Of a stretch of 64,000 nt of DNA, positions 1-28,670 are shown piece by piece. The translations under genes were made by a program, and so were the position numbers. A model generated the notes under the pieces. That model saw only the letters and a program-made list of their open reading frames with translations, had not been told where the DNA came from and did no database searches. Position 1 is the stretch's first letter. Each line of letters begins with the position of its first letter. The stretch covers positions 13,074,124-13,138,123 of the forward strand of contig CM119265.1 in assembly GCA_051294375.1 (NCBI GenBank). Direction: 5' to 3'. This DNA is from Paraspadella gotoi (taxonomy: Eukaryota; Animalia; Chaetognatha).

Positions 1-91
1 GTCGCAACTGCTTCCTCCATCGTTCAAATTATCGTTATCGTTTCTGACGATCCCGATCCTGACGGAGGCTTAATTCTTTCTCTTGCCGAGT

Positions 92-153
92 TACCCTAAT
101 CCCAACCCTAATCTATCCTCTAAACTAACCTGTAACCCTAACCGAAACCCTAA
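92..153 (+). repeat. Degenerate (CCCTAA)-like tract
   Basis: Four accctaa units among variant hexamers: ttaccctaatcccaaccctaatc...gtaaccctaaccgaaaccctaaa. Confidence 0.5.
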
Positions 154-999
154 ACAATCCATCGTTCATGTTAGGACCCGCCGGTCCGTCCCTCCAGGAA
201 AACGCCCCCGAGAATCTTTGATTCGAGGAACTTCTATCGGCGAGCTGCTTCGGTCGTCCGGGGAAACCCTTCAAAGGCAAGAATTGGCGGCCGGAGTGGA
301 TCGACGATGATATCAAACAGTTTATCTCTTAATCTTTGAGTTTCTGAAGAATTCTTAAAAAGGGTACCTTAATAAAATAATCAAAGCATATAGATATTCC
401 AACAGTACACAAAATAATATCAAAAATCATTATTTAAACATTTAAAAGAATTACAATGTATTATATAAAGAAAACGTAATGATTCAGAACGCAATGAATA
501 ATACTGAAAAAATACTGAATTTCGACAAAAATAACTGAATCCCGACGATGACGAATGTAGAGAAAAGATCATAAATAAACGGTAAATCCTTGTGACGACG
601 TAATAAAGTTTAAACACAGATATCACGATTTGTGAGTCTTTGGATCTAACATTCAAATTATCGTTCAAATTATCGTCGTCGTATTTGTCATACAGCCAGA
701 GAGCGAGAGAGATTTTCTGCTCCGTCATACGGCAAGGGGGCATCGATGTTTGAAAAGGCCGAAAAACCATTGCTAATTTTAGCGCGCAGATGCAGTTCAG
801 TAATCACAGTAATCACTCTCTGTATTTTTAAAATAAAAATAGCAAATTTTAAATATTTTCCTCATTTTCTTAATAAAAAAATAATTAGCTCATTTGTTTA
901 TTTTAAATTCCTCTATCTCTTTTATTTCTAGTTCTATATAACTATCTAAAATTGTGAAAATGATTCGTTTTTTAACTGACTCTATTCACTGAAACAATC

Positions 1000-3900
1000 A
1001 TGACTCTTGTCCGAGGCACCTCAATGGTCCGTCGGGACGGCGCGCCAACCGCTCCCGCTACTGCCCCTTCCAGCGCCTTTCTGGAGAAGCGCCATAAAGA
1101 ATTGGAGCGTCTTCGTGAAAAAATCGCGTCACAACTGAGCGGGGATCTGGAGGCGCTTTTTCTCTCACAGGACAACGCCAATCTAGTCATGAAGTCCGGC
1201 CACAAAACTTTTCGCGTGCACAAGGAAATAGTTCAAGTTCGAAACCCTTCAATGTTTAGCCGGATGCTGAGGGAAGCCGCCTTCACTCCAGGATGTGAAG
1301 AAGGGGAAAGGCTGCCTCAGTTCGACGTCGACTTTGCCTATGAAGAGTCATTCGAGGAATTTCTCAGGTCCGTTTCTTTTTGCTTTGAAATCTCTTTCGT
1401 CATATTGAATATACTAATTAGACGAACTTGGTCCAATTTTTTGCATTTATGATTTTTTTCTTTTCGCCTTATGAATTCTCGTTTTTCGTTTATCGTGCTA
1501 CCCTAAATATTATTTTACATTCTGACTTTTCTAATCATCTGAAAATATTTTTGATAACTAAGCACCAATTTTTAAATCGCAGGTGCTTATATTCTGAAGA
1601 TACTGGCGATGTATGCGCGAAGATTTCTCAAAGTTGGAAAGAAGCAAAAAAGGATGAAGCAATCAAAAAATCTCAAAAAACCGATGGTAACGTTTTATTA
1701 TTTGTTAGGTAATGATATCACAAAACGTACTACTCTTTTATCATTCAGTTCGCTTCAACTCCACAACTGGGCCAATAATAGTAGTTACCTACAAGCTTTT
1801 ACCGATGGTAGACTTCGTTTTTTCGCAACCGGACGACTTTTCGTGGCATCGGCCAAAAACTGAAGTGAAGCAAGAAAAAGAGGAGGAGGAGCATAAAGAG
1901 AAACACAACGTAGTTGATGTGAGGAAAAGTTCGTACATGCAAAAGGAAGAAATCGAGGAAATCGAATCGAACATGCTTGGTCGAGTCCCCACGAAAGAAG
2001 AGAGAGAAGCAGGTGAATACCTAGTAGCCCTCCTATCTACAGTATTAACATAATCTACTGTATAGATACACTATAGTGCGTATGTTTAAAATGTTACTGT
2101 ATGAACGCCCTTTCAATTTTCCTAACTTTTTTCGCGACCTTAAGCATTCTTCACAGCGTCTCCGGGGCTGTCTTCATCGTCTTCCGACATCGGGCTCGCC
2201 GGGCTTACAGCGTTGTTCGGTAAAGCCGAGGCAGATCTCGATATAAACCCTCTGCATCCTTGCTCCATCCTCGGTCGTGATCTTCTCGCACTGCTCGATG
2301 CTCCTGAAGCCACGTCTGATGTTATTGTCAAAGTTCAGGTTGGTCAATTCATTTACAATTTTGTTTTGTTGATTTTATTTAATAATTGATTGATCTGTGA
2401 ATTGATTGGTCTATTGTTTTATCTTGTGATAGGTTGTGATTGTTTTATCTATTGATTGACCTATTAACTGATCTATTGATTGATATATTAATTGATTTAT
2501 CGATTGCTAGAGCAAAATATTGATTGATTGATTGATTGATTGATTAACCTTTTTCTTGTAAACCTTTTAACTTGTTTTAGGGCGAAAGTTTTCGCGTACA
2601 TCGTTCGATCCTGGCGAGTCGAAGCGCGTATTTTGCTGCGATGTTATCCGGATCATGGAAAGAGACTGAAGACAATGAAATAACAATATACGCAGCGTCA
2701 CCCGAGGCCGTCAATTTTCTCCTACAAGTTTGTATATGAAAATAAGAGGATTTTACTTTTAACTTCACCTTTTACCAATATCGTTATTTAATCAAATAGT
2801 TCCTTTATGGCGGCTGCGTGACAATTCCGCCGTCGACATCACCTATCGAACTGTTGGGGCTGGCGGATATGTACCAAATTGTCAATCTAAAAGATCTGAT
2901 AGTTTTCGTTCTCAAGGCAGACTTTTGCCATTTTTTTCACAAGCCATGTCAAGGGTATGTCCTCGACCTTTGTTTTGATTTTAATTTTCTATTACCGACA
3001 TTAGTTACATGTAATAATTTCTTTCTCGGTAAGATGCATCTCCGGAGTTTCTGCGACGCTTCCAGCAACAATCATGCACAGATTGGATGATTTGTTTGCT
3101 AAGTGCGTTAAGTGGGTAGTGCGGCACATGAATCGCGTTTGGACGCAGAAAACCTTCGCTACGCTCCCTCCTCCTGTACTCGACTCTGTCTACAATGCCG
3201 TCATCGACACTATGGTGAATTCAGAATTGATACACTTGATTTTCAGTGGTTACTTAATACTTATAGATTGTTATTAATTGCAACAAACTGGAATTCTTCA
3301 GACTCCCGAAACAGTCCTTGATCTAGTGATCGAAGCACGACGACTCATTGACACTCTCCCACGTCTCAAATGGGCCGAGCACATTCTTCATTTGGTTACC
3401 AATCTTCTTGATAGATGCACCGAATACATTGGCACTAATCTCGTTCAAGTACTCTCCACGGCGCGGTTCATAGAATTAGGAGAAGTAAGTTTTTTGGTGG
3501 GATTTATTTTTTCACATATTTGGACAGAACTAAACGCTGTTCAGTGTTCACTGAAGTTAAGTTCCTCGTATTATTCGCGCATTCTAAATCAGTTTCAACC
3601 ATGTATCACCGAATTTTTTATTTTTTTTTATATTTCACTGATAGTTTTTTTTTTTTTTTTTAAACGTTCCAAATTTCGTGTCCCCCAAGGGTACGATGTG
3701 TTGGTCGGCAGGTCTCGTAGAGGACATCCTTCTGTCGGCAGTATCGTCACTCGGCTCGCCTAACGATGCCTGCCACTCATACCTGTTGACGACGGGCCAC
3801 TTGGTAACGGCTCGCGAGCACGCTTCCGAAGGACACCCCTGGTCCGACTCCTTTGTGACAATCGTGTCGAATTTGCACCTTCGATGCGAGCAATATCTCA

Positions 3901-6900
3901 TCAATTACGTAAATCATGCCATTCACTGCAAAGCCTGGAACGAACTCACACAAGAGATGCGAGATAAAATTAGAGCTGGTGAGTCGTTTGAAGAGAAGTT
4001 CCGCTATTTTCTTACAATAAATTTGCTCTCTCTTTGACGATCGCAGCCGCAGTTTTCGTCGATGACAGCGGCAGCTCGCGCCCGCTTCAGACGCTGCCCA
4101 CCCGATCTTCGATCCATCGTCGATCAGGATCCCACGGTGGCGCCAGAGGAGGCGCAGGTAGTAACATTTCGACCATTCCCAAATCACGTGGCTTTTTTAT
4201 TCGTTTTTAATCCACAATTTTTGTTATTATTTATTTAATTTCTGTGATATAGTTACTTATATTTAAGTTTATTAAAATTCGCTCCGTTTTAAATTCTGTT
4301 TAATTTTTGCGTTATTTATTCAAACGCCAGAGTCAGTTTGAAAAAAAGTTTTCTTTTCCATACATTTATTTTTTTTCTTTTTCTAGATTTTGGAAAGGAT
4401 TTCGTTGTTTCCATTTTAGTTTTTGACGTATTAGACAGCGCGAACAGGTAACACGTTATTTTTTGTTCAATTTTTCTTTTTCAGTTTTAGTCAATTGTTT
4501 GATTTTCTTCAAATTATCTCAAAGTCAAATGTTTTGTTTCCGAATATATCGTTTTTCTTTGTTGACTTAATTGTAATGATTTTCCAGATGTCGTTCCTGT
4601 TATTGTCCCGCGGTCCCCATCACCGCAAGACGCAGCGGAACGCAATGCGTTAGCGGAAGCTGAGAACAACGATGCACCCGTCGATGGTGAACTCGCCGCA
4701 GCCGCTCAGGAACCTGCGCGGCCCGCAAACGCCGGTGCACGGCCCGACCCCTTCGCCGACGCCGTTCGTCCCCGCGATCCCCCCGAGGTTAACGCCGACG
4801 CCATTGGGGGCGTCGTCATCTCCCAGAGTCTCGAGCGGTCGGATCCCGAGCCGGAAGCCACGACGCGCACTGGCCTTCGTCCCGCGACCACCGCCAGGTC
4901 TCGGAGCGCCTCAGGAAGCGAAGGTACAGCAGTCAGACCGCGTCGCGTGTCCGGAGGTGATGAAGGCACCTCGGCGCCGCGTAGACTGGCTCAAGACAGA
5001 AGGTCTGCGCCAGCTACAGTGCATGCGGCTAATCAATCCAGGGCCGAAAATCTCCCCAAGTCCGTCGCGCACCTGCTGGCAAAACCAAAAGTCACGGGAT
5101 CAAGGACGCTCACCGCGAAAGAAAAGAGAGAAAGGAACCGAACTCTGTCTTGCGGATCCGAAACGTCTACCGGATCGGACCAACCGGTCAAGAGTATGTC
5201 TTTAACCGGGAGGACTGATGCCGTCAAAGAGGTAAGCGCAGAGTTAATTAATACGAATAACAAACCGCATATCGTAATTTCGAATAGCTAACAGCCTCGG
5301 CCATCTACATTTAATAGGAAGAAGAAATGGCAACAGCCGAAACAACTGAAGCCGACACTCTCTCGGGATTGAGTGAAAATGACGGGAAAGATTCGCCGGA
5401 GATAATGGAGGACGTCATAAACGAACAAAGGGATCAAGAAATGGAGACATTATTTAAGAAGGGTGTTGTTGAGCCCTGCGAAGATAATACAGATGAAAGT
5501 CAACGAAAACGACATGATTATGAGCAAAATAAAGAGAAACATATGCAAGAACTAAAAGTGATACAAGACCAAGATCAAGAAGAAACAAAACAACAGCAGC
5601 AACAACAATCACAAAACGACCAAATACAACCGCAACCACAGTCTTTGTCTAGTCCCGGTGAGGTTTGCTCTACTTGGTGCGTGTCAACTGCTGAATTTTC
5701 TAATAAAGAAAAGACAGTGGGCTCCGAAAGTGTAGTCCTTTCGACCGCCATTATATCTGACCAGCCTTCGACCATCGTGCACCAAGTCATGGATCCACCG
5801 AAAAGAACAGATTCGGTAGATAAGCAAAATGAAAACGAGAATGCGAAGTCGGCGGCGGTGACCACAAACGCCCGCCAATTGACCGAGAATTCTTTGACGC
5901 TTGATGAGGACGATGAAACTCAACTTTTTCTTGAATTTGAGAAACTTCTTCAAGAAAAGCACACCAAGCGCGCCCTCGTTGAAGCTGTTAACAAGATTAA
6001 GCACGCCGAAGAATACGGCAACACGTTTGCTGAGAGGCTGAGCCATGAAAAGGAAACGCGAGAGATCGCCTTCATGCTGGAGAATGAGTCAAGCATGGAT
6101 GACAGCACAGAGGATGATAAGCTTTTCATGGAGTTTCAGTGTTTGCTGACTAGGAGCTACGAGCGCGACCTCATCGGTCGTAAAAAAGCCGAACGCCCAC
6201 GGTCTCTAATCGAAGACGGCAGCGAAGATATTCTCATTGTCGATGTGCCGGATAGAGCCACTGAGGCAACAACTATCAATCAGAAATCCATCGATAGAAG
6301 GAAAAAAGTGAAGATCCTTTGGGAGGGCGAGATTGACCCACACGAAATCACTGACGACCTCATCTCATCAAGCGTTGTTTCTCCAATGCAAAGCGGTGCA
6401 TCTTCTCCTCCTGTCGCTATTGTCAGTCCCACAGTGCAGAAAGATAGCGTGAGAAAGTCAATTAATGAGCCGTCAAACCAAGTCGGCGGGTCAACGGGAA
6501 CTTCCAATGTGGCCGTTGTCGAGCCCATAATTTCACTTGAAAATAACGAAAAATTATCATCTTCAAGCGTTCCAACCACTGCATTAGAATTTTCATCGTT
6601 ACAGACTCATGTACCAATCAATGATGATCAAATAACTTCCCGCACATCCAATCCTACCAATTATTCAAGGACTGATTCGCAGAAAACTACGCCTTCGACA
6701 GTAGTACAATTGACAACTTTTTCTCAATCACGGGTAAAGATACATACGTCAACTACCACGTCTCCATCGAGAAACGAAAATCCCCAATGCCTTCCACTGT
6801 TTGCTTCAAATAACAGAGTAGAAGTCACCGAAAACGTTTCAAGCTTACGTAGAATTCCTGGTGCCAACACAAGAAGAACCATTCAAAATCGTGAAAGAAC

Positions 6901-9145
6901 AAGAGTCGTGGAACAGGAACAATTCATGCAAAACATAAAAAAGACACAAAATATTCATCAACAGCAAATTGTTCACTTTGAGAATCTAAGCGATGAACAA
7001 ATTGAAAACGGACGAGGAAGAAATGTTGGCTTTATTGTAAATCTTAATGCCGAGGAAAGTATTTCAGATTCTGCTTCCTTCACTCCAAGTAACAGTCAAA
7101 ATTTACCTCCGACGCTGCTTAACAATGAACCAATATCCCAAATGGCTATTCAAGCCGCTCCTATGCATGTCTCGGTCCAAAATCAAAATCTGAGCAGGTA
7201 TGGACCACAAGCCATAATATTGTCATCTCGACCTCAACCCGATGACGCTGCAGCTCTCAACAAATCTTTTGATGCTTCGTTAGGTCATATCGCACTTCGA
7301 CAAAGCACTTACTGTGTCGACCAATCACGTCTGTATAATCGACTTAGCATTGACCAGGACGTTGATAAAATGAAGTTTCAAGCAGCCGAATGTTCTGGAG
7401 AAATAAATTCGATGCCTATAACTAGAAATTTGATAAATGCACGAAATATTTCGGGAAATGACATGGAACCATTTTTCCATATGAATGCTGGAGTGCCTAT
7501 AGAAAGCCAACCCCAAATTCCCTCTGATTTTTATTCCCAAAGACCGGTGGTTGGAAGCGCTCCAGTGTCAACTGATTATCTTCCAAATTTTAACAATTTG
7601 TACGGGCAAAATTTTAAAGTTACTAGGAATATGGTTCGGCCACAGCAGCCGATTGAAAATGAGACCCAAGTACCTGCAACTGACACAGTATTATCAAAGC
7701 GTTCTTCTCATTCTCAAGCAGAAGTTCAAGAACCAGTGAAGCGTGGCATTGGGTATGTAGTTGACTTAGATACTCTTCCTGAACCGTTAAAAGCCCCGCC
7801 AAGGATCCCGGTTCCAAAGAAAACGCCTAAAAAACGAATAAATGCACTCACTGGAGCAGCCCCAACTTCATCCAGTTTAATGGAAGAGGCACTTCAGTGG
7901 GGAGAAACAAGCAAGGTTGACCATCAAATTGAAAAGGTAACATCCGATCCTCAGCAAGGCTTTGCTCGTGGTTTCTGCAGCACTCCAAGTAGAAATTCCT
8001 CTCAGGGTCTTCAACAGACTTTATTCTCTTGGGATGATGGTTCAGAAGGTATAAAACCAGAGAAAGAGCACAGTGTATCTCAAAGCCCAAAACGAGATCC
8101 CTTGCGAACTGCTTCTTTGACTCTACAGGAAAGTTTAAAGTGGGGAGAGGATTCGGTTGAGGAAAATGTGCAGTTAAGGGAAAAACCAAAAGGTCAACAA
8201 CTGAGGAGTAGTTCGGTAGAAGTTTATAATAAGATTGCTAACGAAACTTTGTTAGGTAAAAACACTATACATAAATCAAGACTTCCAATTCATAACAAAC
8301 GCGTTTCACATCCGGAAACTGTTAATGAGTTTCACCAAATGCATCAACAGCAAATGCAATACAATAACATGTCACAACAACACAGCTACCAGCAGCACAT
8401 TTTTCCACCACCATTTGATCACGCCACGCTGATTCCTCGACCTCACTTCCCTTTTCCTTATCCTAATCCCGAGTTACAAAACCTCTCGTCGACGCGGCCG
8501 GTGATGCCTTTTAATTCTCCATTGAATGCTCCTCCTCACGATGAGGTTCGTTTTCGTCGAACTCCAGTGGATCTTCCGGCGACGCCGCCGATTTCCGAAC
8601 GACCAAAGTCCGCTTCTTTTGTCGTTGATTGGAACGAGATTGAAGCGGAAATCTCTTCTTCGACGGAAAGAATCCAACCGCGGGTGATGGATCCAAGGCC
8701 ACAGGCGCCGGCGCCAGTCTCGTTTGAAGTAGGCGTCGAAGACCTCAAACCCGGAAAGAGACAAACGACTCCTCGACAACAACAACAACAACAAAATCGC
8801 CGAATCCCGCGGCTACAGTCGGACTCTGCGCCGCGGTTTCGGCCCGCAGAAAAGTTTGTCATAGACTTCAACGACGAACGGCCCGTGGCCGCCTCTGGCA
8901 TTAAAATTACCCCCTTCCAGAACAAGTGGGCCTCTAGCCTTAGTTACAACGTTGAATTTCCGAAAGAGCGACACGAACTGGAGACGGGGCAACAACAAAG
9001 CAGCTTACAGGGCAGTCCGGCTGTCCCTTCGGCTTCGGGATTTGAAAGAAAAAAAATTCGCACATTTCAGTCAAAATTGTTGACGCCCAAAAAATATAAA
9101 TCAGAACCTAAAAAGCGGGACAATCTGGAAAACCCAGAAAAATGA
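1000..9145 (+). CDS. BTBD8: BTB/POZ domain-containing protein 8-like (APACHE-type): two N-terminal BTB domains, a helical BACK-like region and a long disordered C-terminus
   Basis: GT-AG exons with consistent phase: 1000-1367, 1583-1686, 1749-2012 (acceptor could alternatively be 1812), 2145-2338, 2581-2727, 2800-2954, 3034-3214, 3302-3484, 3690-3978, 4047-4157, 4588-5231, 5318-9145. Total 6468 nt = 2155 aa plus stop. BTB1 reads NLVMKSGHKTFRVHKEIVQVR...FEEFLRCLYS. BTB2 reads PCSILGRDLL...[36 protein letters not shown]...LLQFLYGG...LADMY. These are followed by DFCHFFHKP, LFAKCVKWVVRHMNRVWTQKTFATLP and RLIDTLPRLKWAE, which I recognise as BTBD8-type motifs. Confidence 0.85.
2383..2546 (+). repeat. 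Degenerate (ATTG)n tract in a BTBD8 intron
   Basis: Repeated attg/gatt units, ending in a pure run at about 2518-2545. Confidence 0.75.
5318..9145 (+). CDS. BTBD8: 3.8-kb terminal exon of the BTBD8-like gene (S/T/Q/P/E-rich, probably disordered)
   Basis: Uninterrupted 1272-aa ORF (5327-9145). It is preceded by acceptor ttaatag|GAA at 5317/5318, in phase 0 with donor GAG|gtaagc at 5231/5232. Confidence 0.8.
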   Translation, partial: EEEMATAETTEADTLSGLSENDGKDSPEIMEDVINEQRDQEMETLFKKGVVEPCEDNTDESQRKRHDYEQNKEKHMQELKVIQDQDQEETKQQQQQQSQNDQIQPQPQSLSSPGEVCSTWCVSTAEFSNKEKTVGSESVVLSTAIISDQPSTIVHQVMDPPKRTDSVDKQNENENAKSAAVTTNARQLTENSLTLDEDDETQLFLEFEKLLQEKHTKRALVEAVNKIKHAEEYGNTFAERLSHEKETREIAFMLENESSMDDSTEDDKLFMEFQCLLTRSYERDLIGRKKAERPRSLIEDGSEDILIVDVPDRATEATTINQKSIDRRKKVKILWEGEIDPHEITDDLISSSVVSPMQSGASSPPVAIVSPTVQKDSVRKSINEPSNQVGGSTGTSNVAVVEPIISLENNEKLSSSSVPTTALEFSSLQTHVPINDDQITSRTSNPTNYSRTDSQKTTPSTVVQLTTFSQSRVKIHTSTTTSPSRNENPQCLPLFASNNRVEVTENVSSLRRIPGANTRRTIQNRERTRVVEQEQFMQNIKKTQNIHQQQIVHFENLSDEQIENGRGRNVGFIVNLNAEESISDSASFTPSNSQNLPPTLLNNEPISQMAIQAAPMHVSVQNQNLSRYGPQAIILSSRPQPDDAAALNKSFDASLGHIALRQSTYCVDQSRLYNRLSIDQDVDKMKFQAAECSGEINSMPITRNLINARNISGNDMEPFFHMNAGVPIESQPQIPSDFYSQRPVVGSAPVSTDYLPNFNNLYGQNFKVTRNMVRPQQPIENETQVPATDTVLSKRSSHSQAEVQEPVKRGIGYVVDLDTLPEPLKAPPRIPVPKKTPKKRINALTGAAPTSSSLMEEALQWGETSKVDHQIEKVTSDPQQGFARGFCSTPSRNSSQGLQQTLFSWDDGSEGIKPEKEHSVSQSPKRDPLRTASLTLQESLKWGEDSVEENVQLREKPKGQQLRSSSVEVYNKIANETLLGKNTIHKSRLPIHNKRVSHPETVNEFHQMHQQQMQYNNMSQQHSYQQHIFPPPFDHATLIPRPHFPFPYPNPELQNLSSTRPVMPFNSPLNAPPHDEVRFRRTPVDLPATPPISERPKSASFVVDWNEIEAEISSSTERIQPRVMDPRPQAPAPVSFEVGVEDLKPGKRQTTPRQQQQQQNRRIPRLQSDSAPRFRPAEKFVIDFNDERPVAASGIKITPFQNKWASSLSYNVEFPKERHELETGQQQSSLQGSPAVPSASGFERKKIRTFQSKLLTPKKYKSEPKKRDNLENPEK

Positions 9146-9707
9146 GACGAATAAGTAAACATGAAAAATTAGAGACAAAGAGGCTGCGATGAGACTAAAA
9201 ATTTCTGTGCGCTTTTTTTGTGGTTTTTCTCTGACTTCTCTGATTAATTTTTTTTTATTTTAATTTTCAACCTATATGTGCTTTATCGCCAATTCGTTTT
9301 CAATTGAAATTTTTTTATAGTGACGGCTTAACAAATATTTTTAGATTATATTTCTCGCCTGGACGGTGAATCTATTTTAAAGATTTAATTTTTTATCCTT
9401 CACTAATGCTTCGGCGTTATACTGCTTAAAATTAAATTTGTTCCCGCACGTGTCTCTTATTCTGGCTACTTGAAATTCATGTTACTGAATAACAATTTGA
9501 TCCAGTGTTCACTGTTCACTTTTAAATTATGATTATGATTAGAAAACCGTTATGATTGCTTCTTATAATTTTATTTTGACTTTAAATGCATTATCAAATG
9601 TTGTTTCACCGAATCTATAACATGTTAAAATACATACCACTGTTTTAAAATATTTTCAATTCATTTTTCTTAATTTATATATCTATTTGCTTACTTCGTA
9701 ATGTGTT

Positions 9708-9713
9708 AATAAA
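9708..9713 (+). promoter_or_regulatory. Candidate polyadenylation signal (AATAAA) for the BTBD8-like gene
   Basis: AATAAA about 560 bp after the stop, followed by a T/GT-rich stretch. Weak evidence in AT-rich DNA. Confidence 0.3.
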
Positions 9714-11519
9714 TTGCATGTGCTCCGATTTGATTGTTTTATCTAATGATATACAGAATAATTAAAAGAATTGAAATAAGGCAAATCAAATGACGGTACA
9801 GCTATTTCATGAATCTGTAAAAAAATGAATCTGTAAATACACGGTCAAGAATCTGTCGAATCTTGACGTTACGTATGTGTAAACCGTGCAAAATTGCAAA
9901 TCGAAAATCGACAGTCGATTTTAATGTAGGTACAATTCGAAGGCTAAGTTGAAAATATAATAATAATGTTTAAACAAAATTTGAAGACCAGTAAGCCAAA
10001 ACTCTGATTACGTTCTTTGGGTTTTGCGTTTTTATAAGATGGAAAACTTTTTTTTATTTATATTCAGTCACTATTAATTCGTTGATCATGCATTATTTTA
10101 GTTTTGTTTAGTTATCAAGTATTTTTCATTAGCAAATTTAAGGTTACCGCCATCAATAATATTTAACTTCAACAATGACAATATGAATTTTGTCACATTT
10201 TTATGCAATCAGAAAAAAACTTTTTTTTCTTAAACTCTAAAAATATTTTATATGTCATAATAAGGAATTTAAAAAGGCAACTGTAGAACTTACAGCTTAT
10301 GACTGTAAAGTTTATAGCTCTTTAACATTTAGTCATCACTTGTATTTTAAGTTGTCCAATGGCCACGCTCTGAAGACTAAGGCAGATCATGTGCTTTAAT
10401 TCTGGTTCAAAAGTTAAGCATTACAATGTTTTTCCAAAAAAACTACATATTATAACGTTTTTCTTCTGTCTACATTAACAGGACTTTATAATGAAGGTTT
10501 TAAAGAAACGAGTCAAGAATAAAATCAAAGTAGGTAATAATATGAAGCTGTTCAAAACTTAATAGTTAATACAACACATGACTGCTCCGCAAACTAGATG
10601 CCGATCGAAATTGATGATGTACAACTTTTTTTTCTTTTCACTATGATTAACAAAAGTTTTTAAAAATTCTCGTGATTTTATATCATAATTTTGAAAAATA
10701 TAAGTAATTAATTTATTATTCAATCTCTATTCAAGAAAGTTTTTCTATGAAAAAATCACTATGATCGAATCGCTAAAGTTGAGCTAGTTTAATAAAACTT
10801 GAATACTTTATTAATTATTTGTAGGAAAGTTGATGTTTGAAGGTCGATATTTTCCGCAATACACTCCCCAAAGGCTTCATAAAGAATCTCAATTAAAACT
10901 ACCTTTAAGTATAACTCTGTAAAATCTTCATAATTCATTAAATGGCTGTAATTTCCCACGAATTTATTGTTTTGTTTTTAAGAAGTACGAATGCTATTCT
11001 TCATTTCTTGGTTAATCACTAATCGGTTTATTAAATTTCATATGTTTTATCTTGGATTATGCAGGAGCAATTTATAACAGACGCCAATAATACAAACTAA
11101 AAAAAGCTTATGCATAACGCACTGTAAAAAAGGTATAAAACAATGTCTGATTTTTATTTTAAAAAGAAACTGTTAGACCACAATGCTTTCTTTCTCCTCC
11201 ATACTCTAGCTCTCTCAATCTGTATGTAAATGAGGGTTAGAGTGGCCCTCGATCATCTTGCACTTTTTTCCCGACCTCATGTAATTTAGGCGATGGGGTG
11301 AAAATTGACCCATGGAAGGTACTAAATATTTATGCAGTGTGAAGAGCGCAGTTTTAAGGATGGTTGAAGAAAAATAATTTCTTTTTCTCCAATTCGGTGG
11401 GATTGTAACTCTGCCAGGGAAAATGGCCGATGTTGACTGTTTCATATGTCGGCGACCCGTAGATGATCTGGGGTGGTTGTCGCCGCCGCCGATCGCGATG
11501 ACGACGACCGGTTTGTGAT

Positions 11520-28670
<17,151 letters not shown>

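Noticed and set aside
92-153. True telomere or chromosome end
   Set aside because: Short, degenerate and internal, with ordinary sequence on both sides.
1-770. Possible divergent minus-strand gene start (ORFs 420-770 and 125-316; a 16-mer tcgttcaaattatcgt is repeated at 20 and 661)
   Set aside because: No recognisable protein and no consistent exon chain within the window. It cannot be excluded, but it is not supportable.
4672-5205. 177-aa Pro-rich ORF as a separate gene
   Set aside because: It is an alternative frame over BTBD8 exon 4588-5231; splice phases select the other frame.
5327-9145. 1272-aa ORF as a stand-alone intronless gene
   Set aside because: An in-phase acceptor 9 nt upstream joins it to the BTB exons, and BTBD8-type proteins have long disordered tails.
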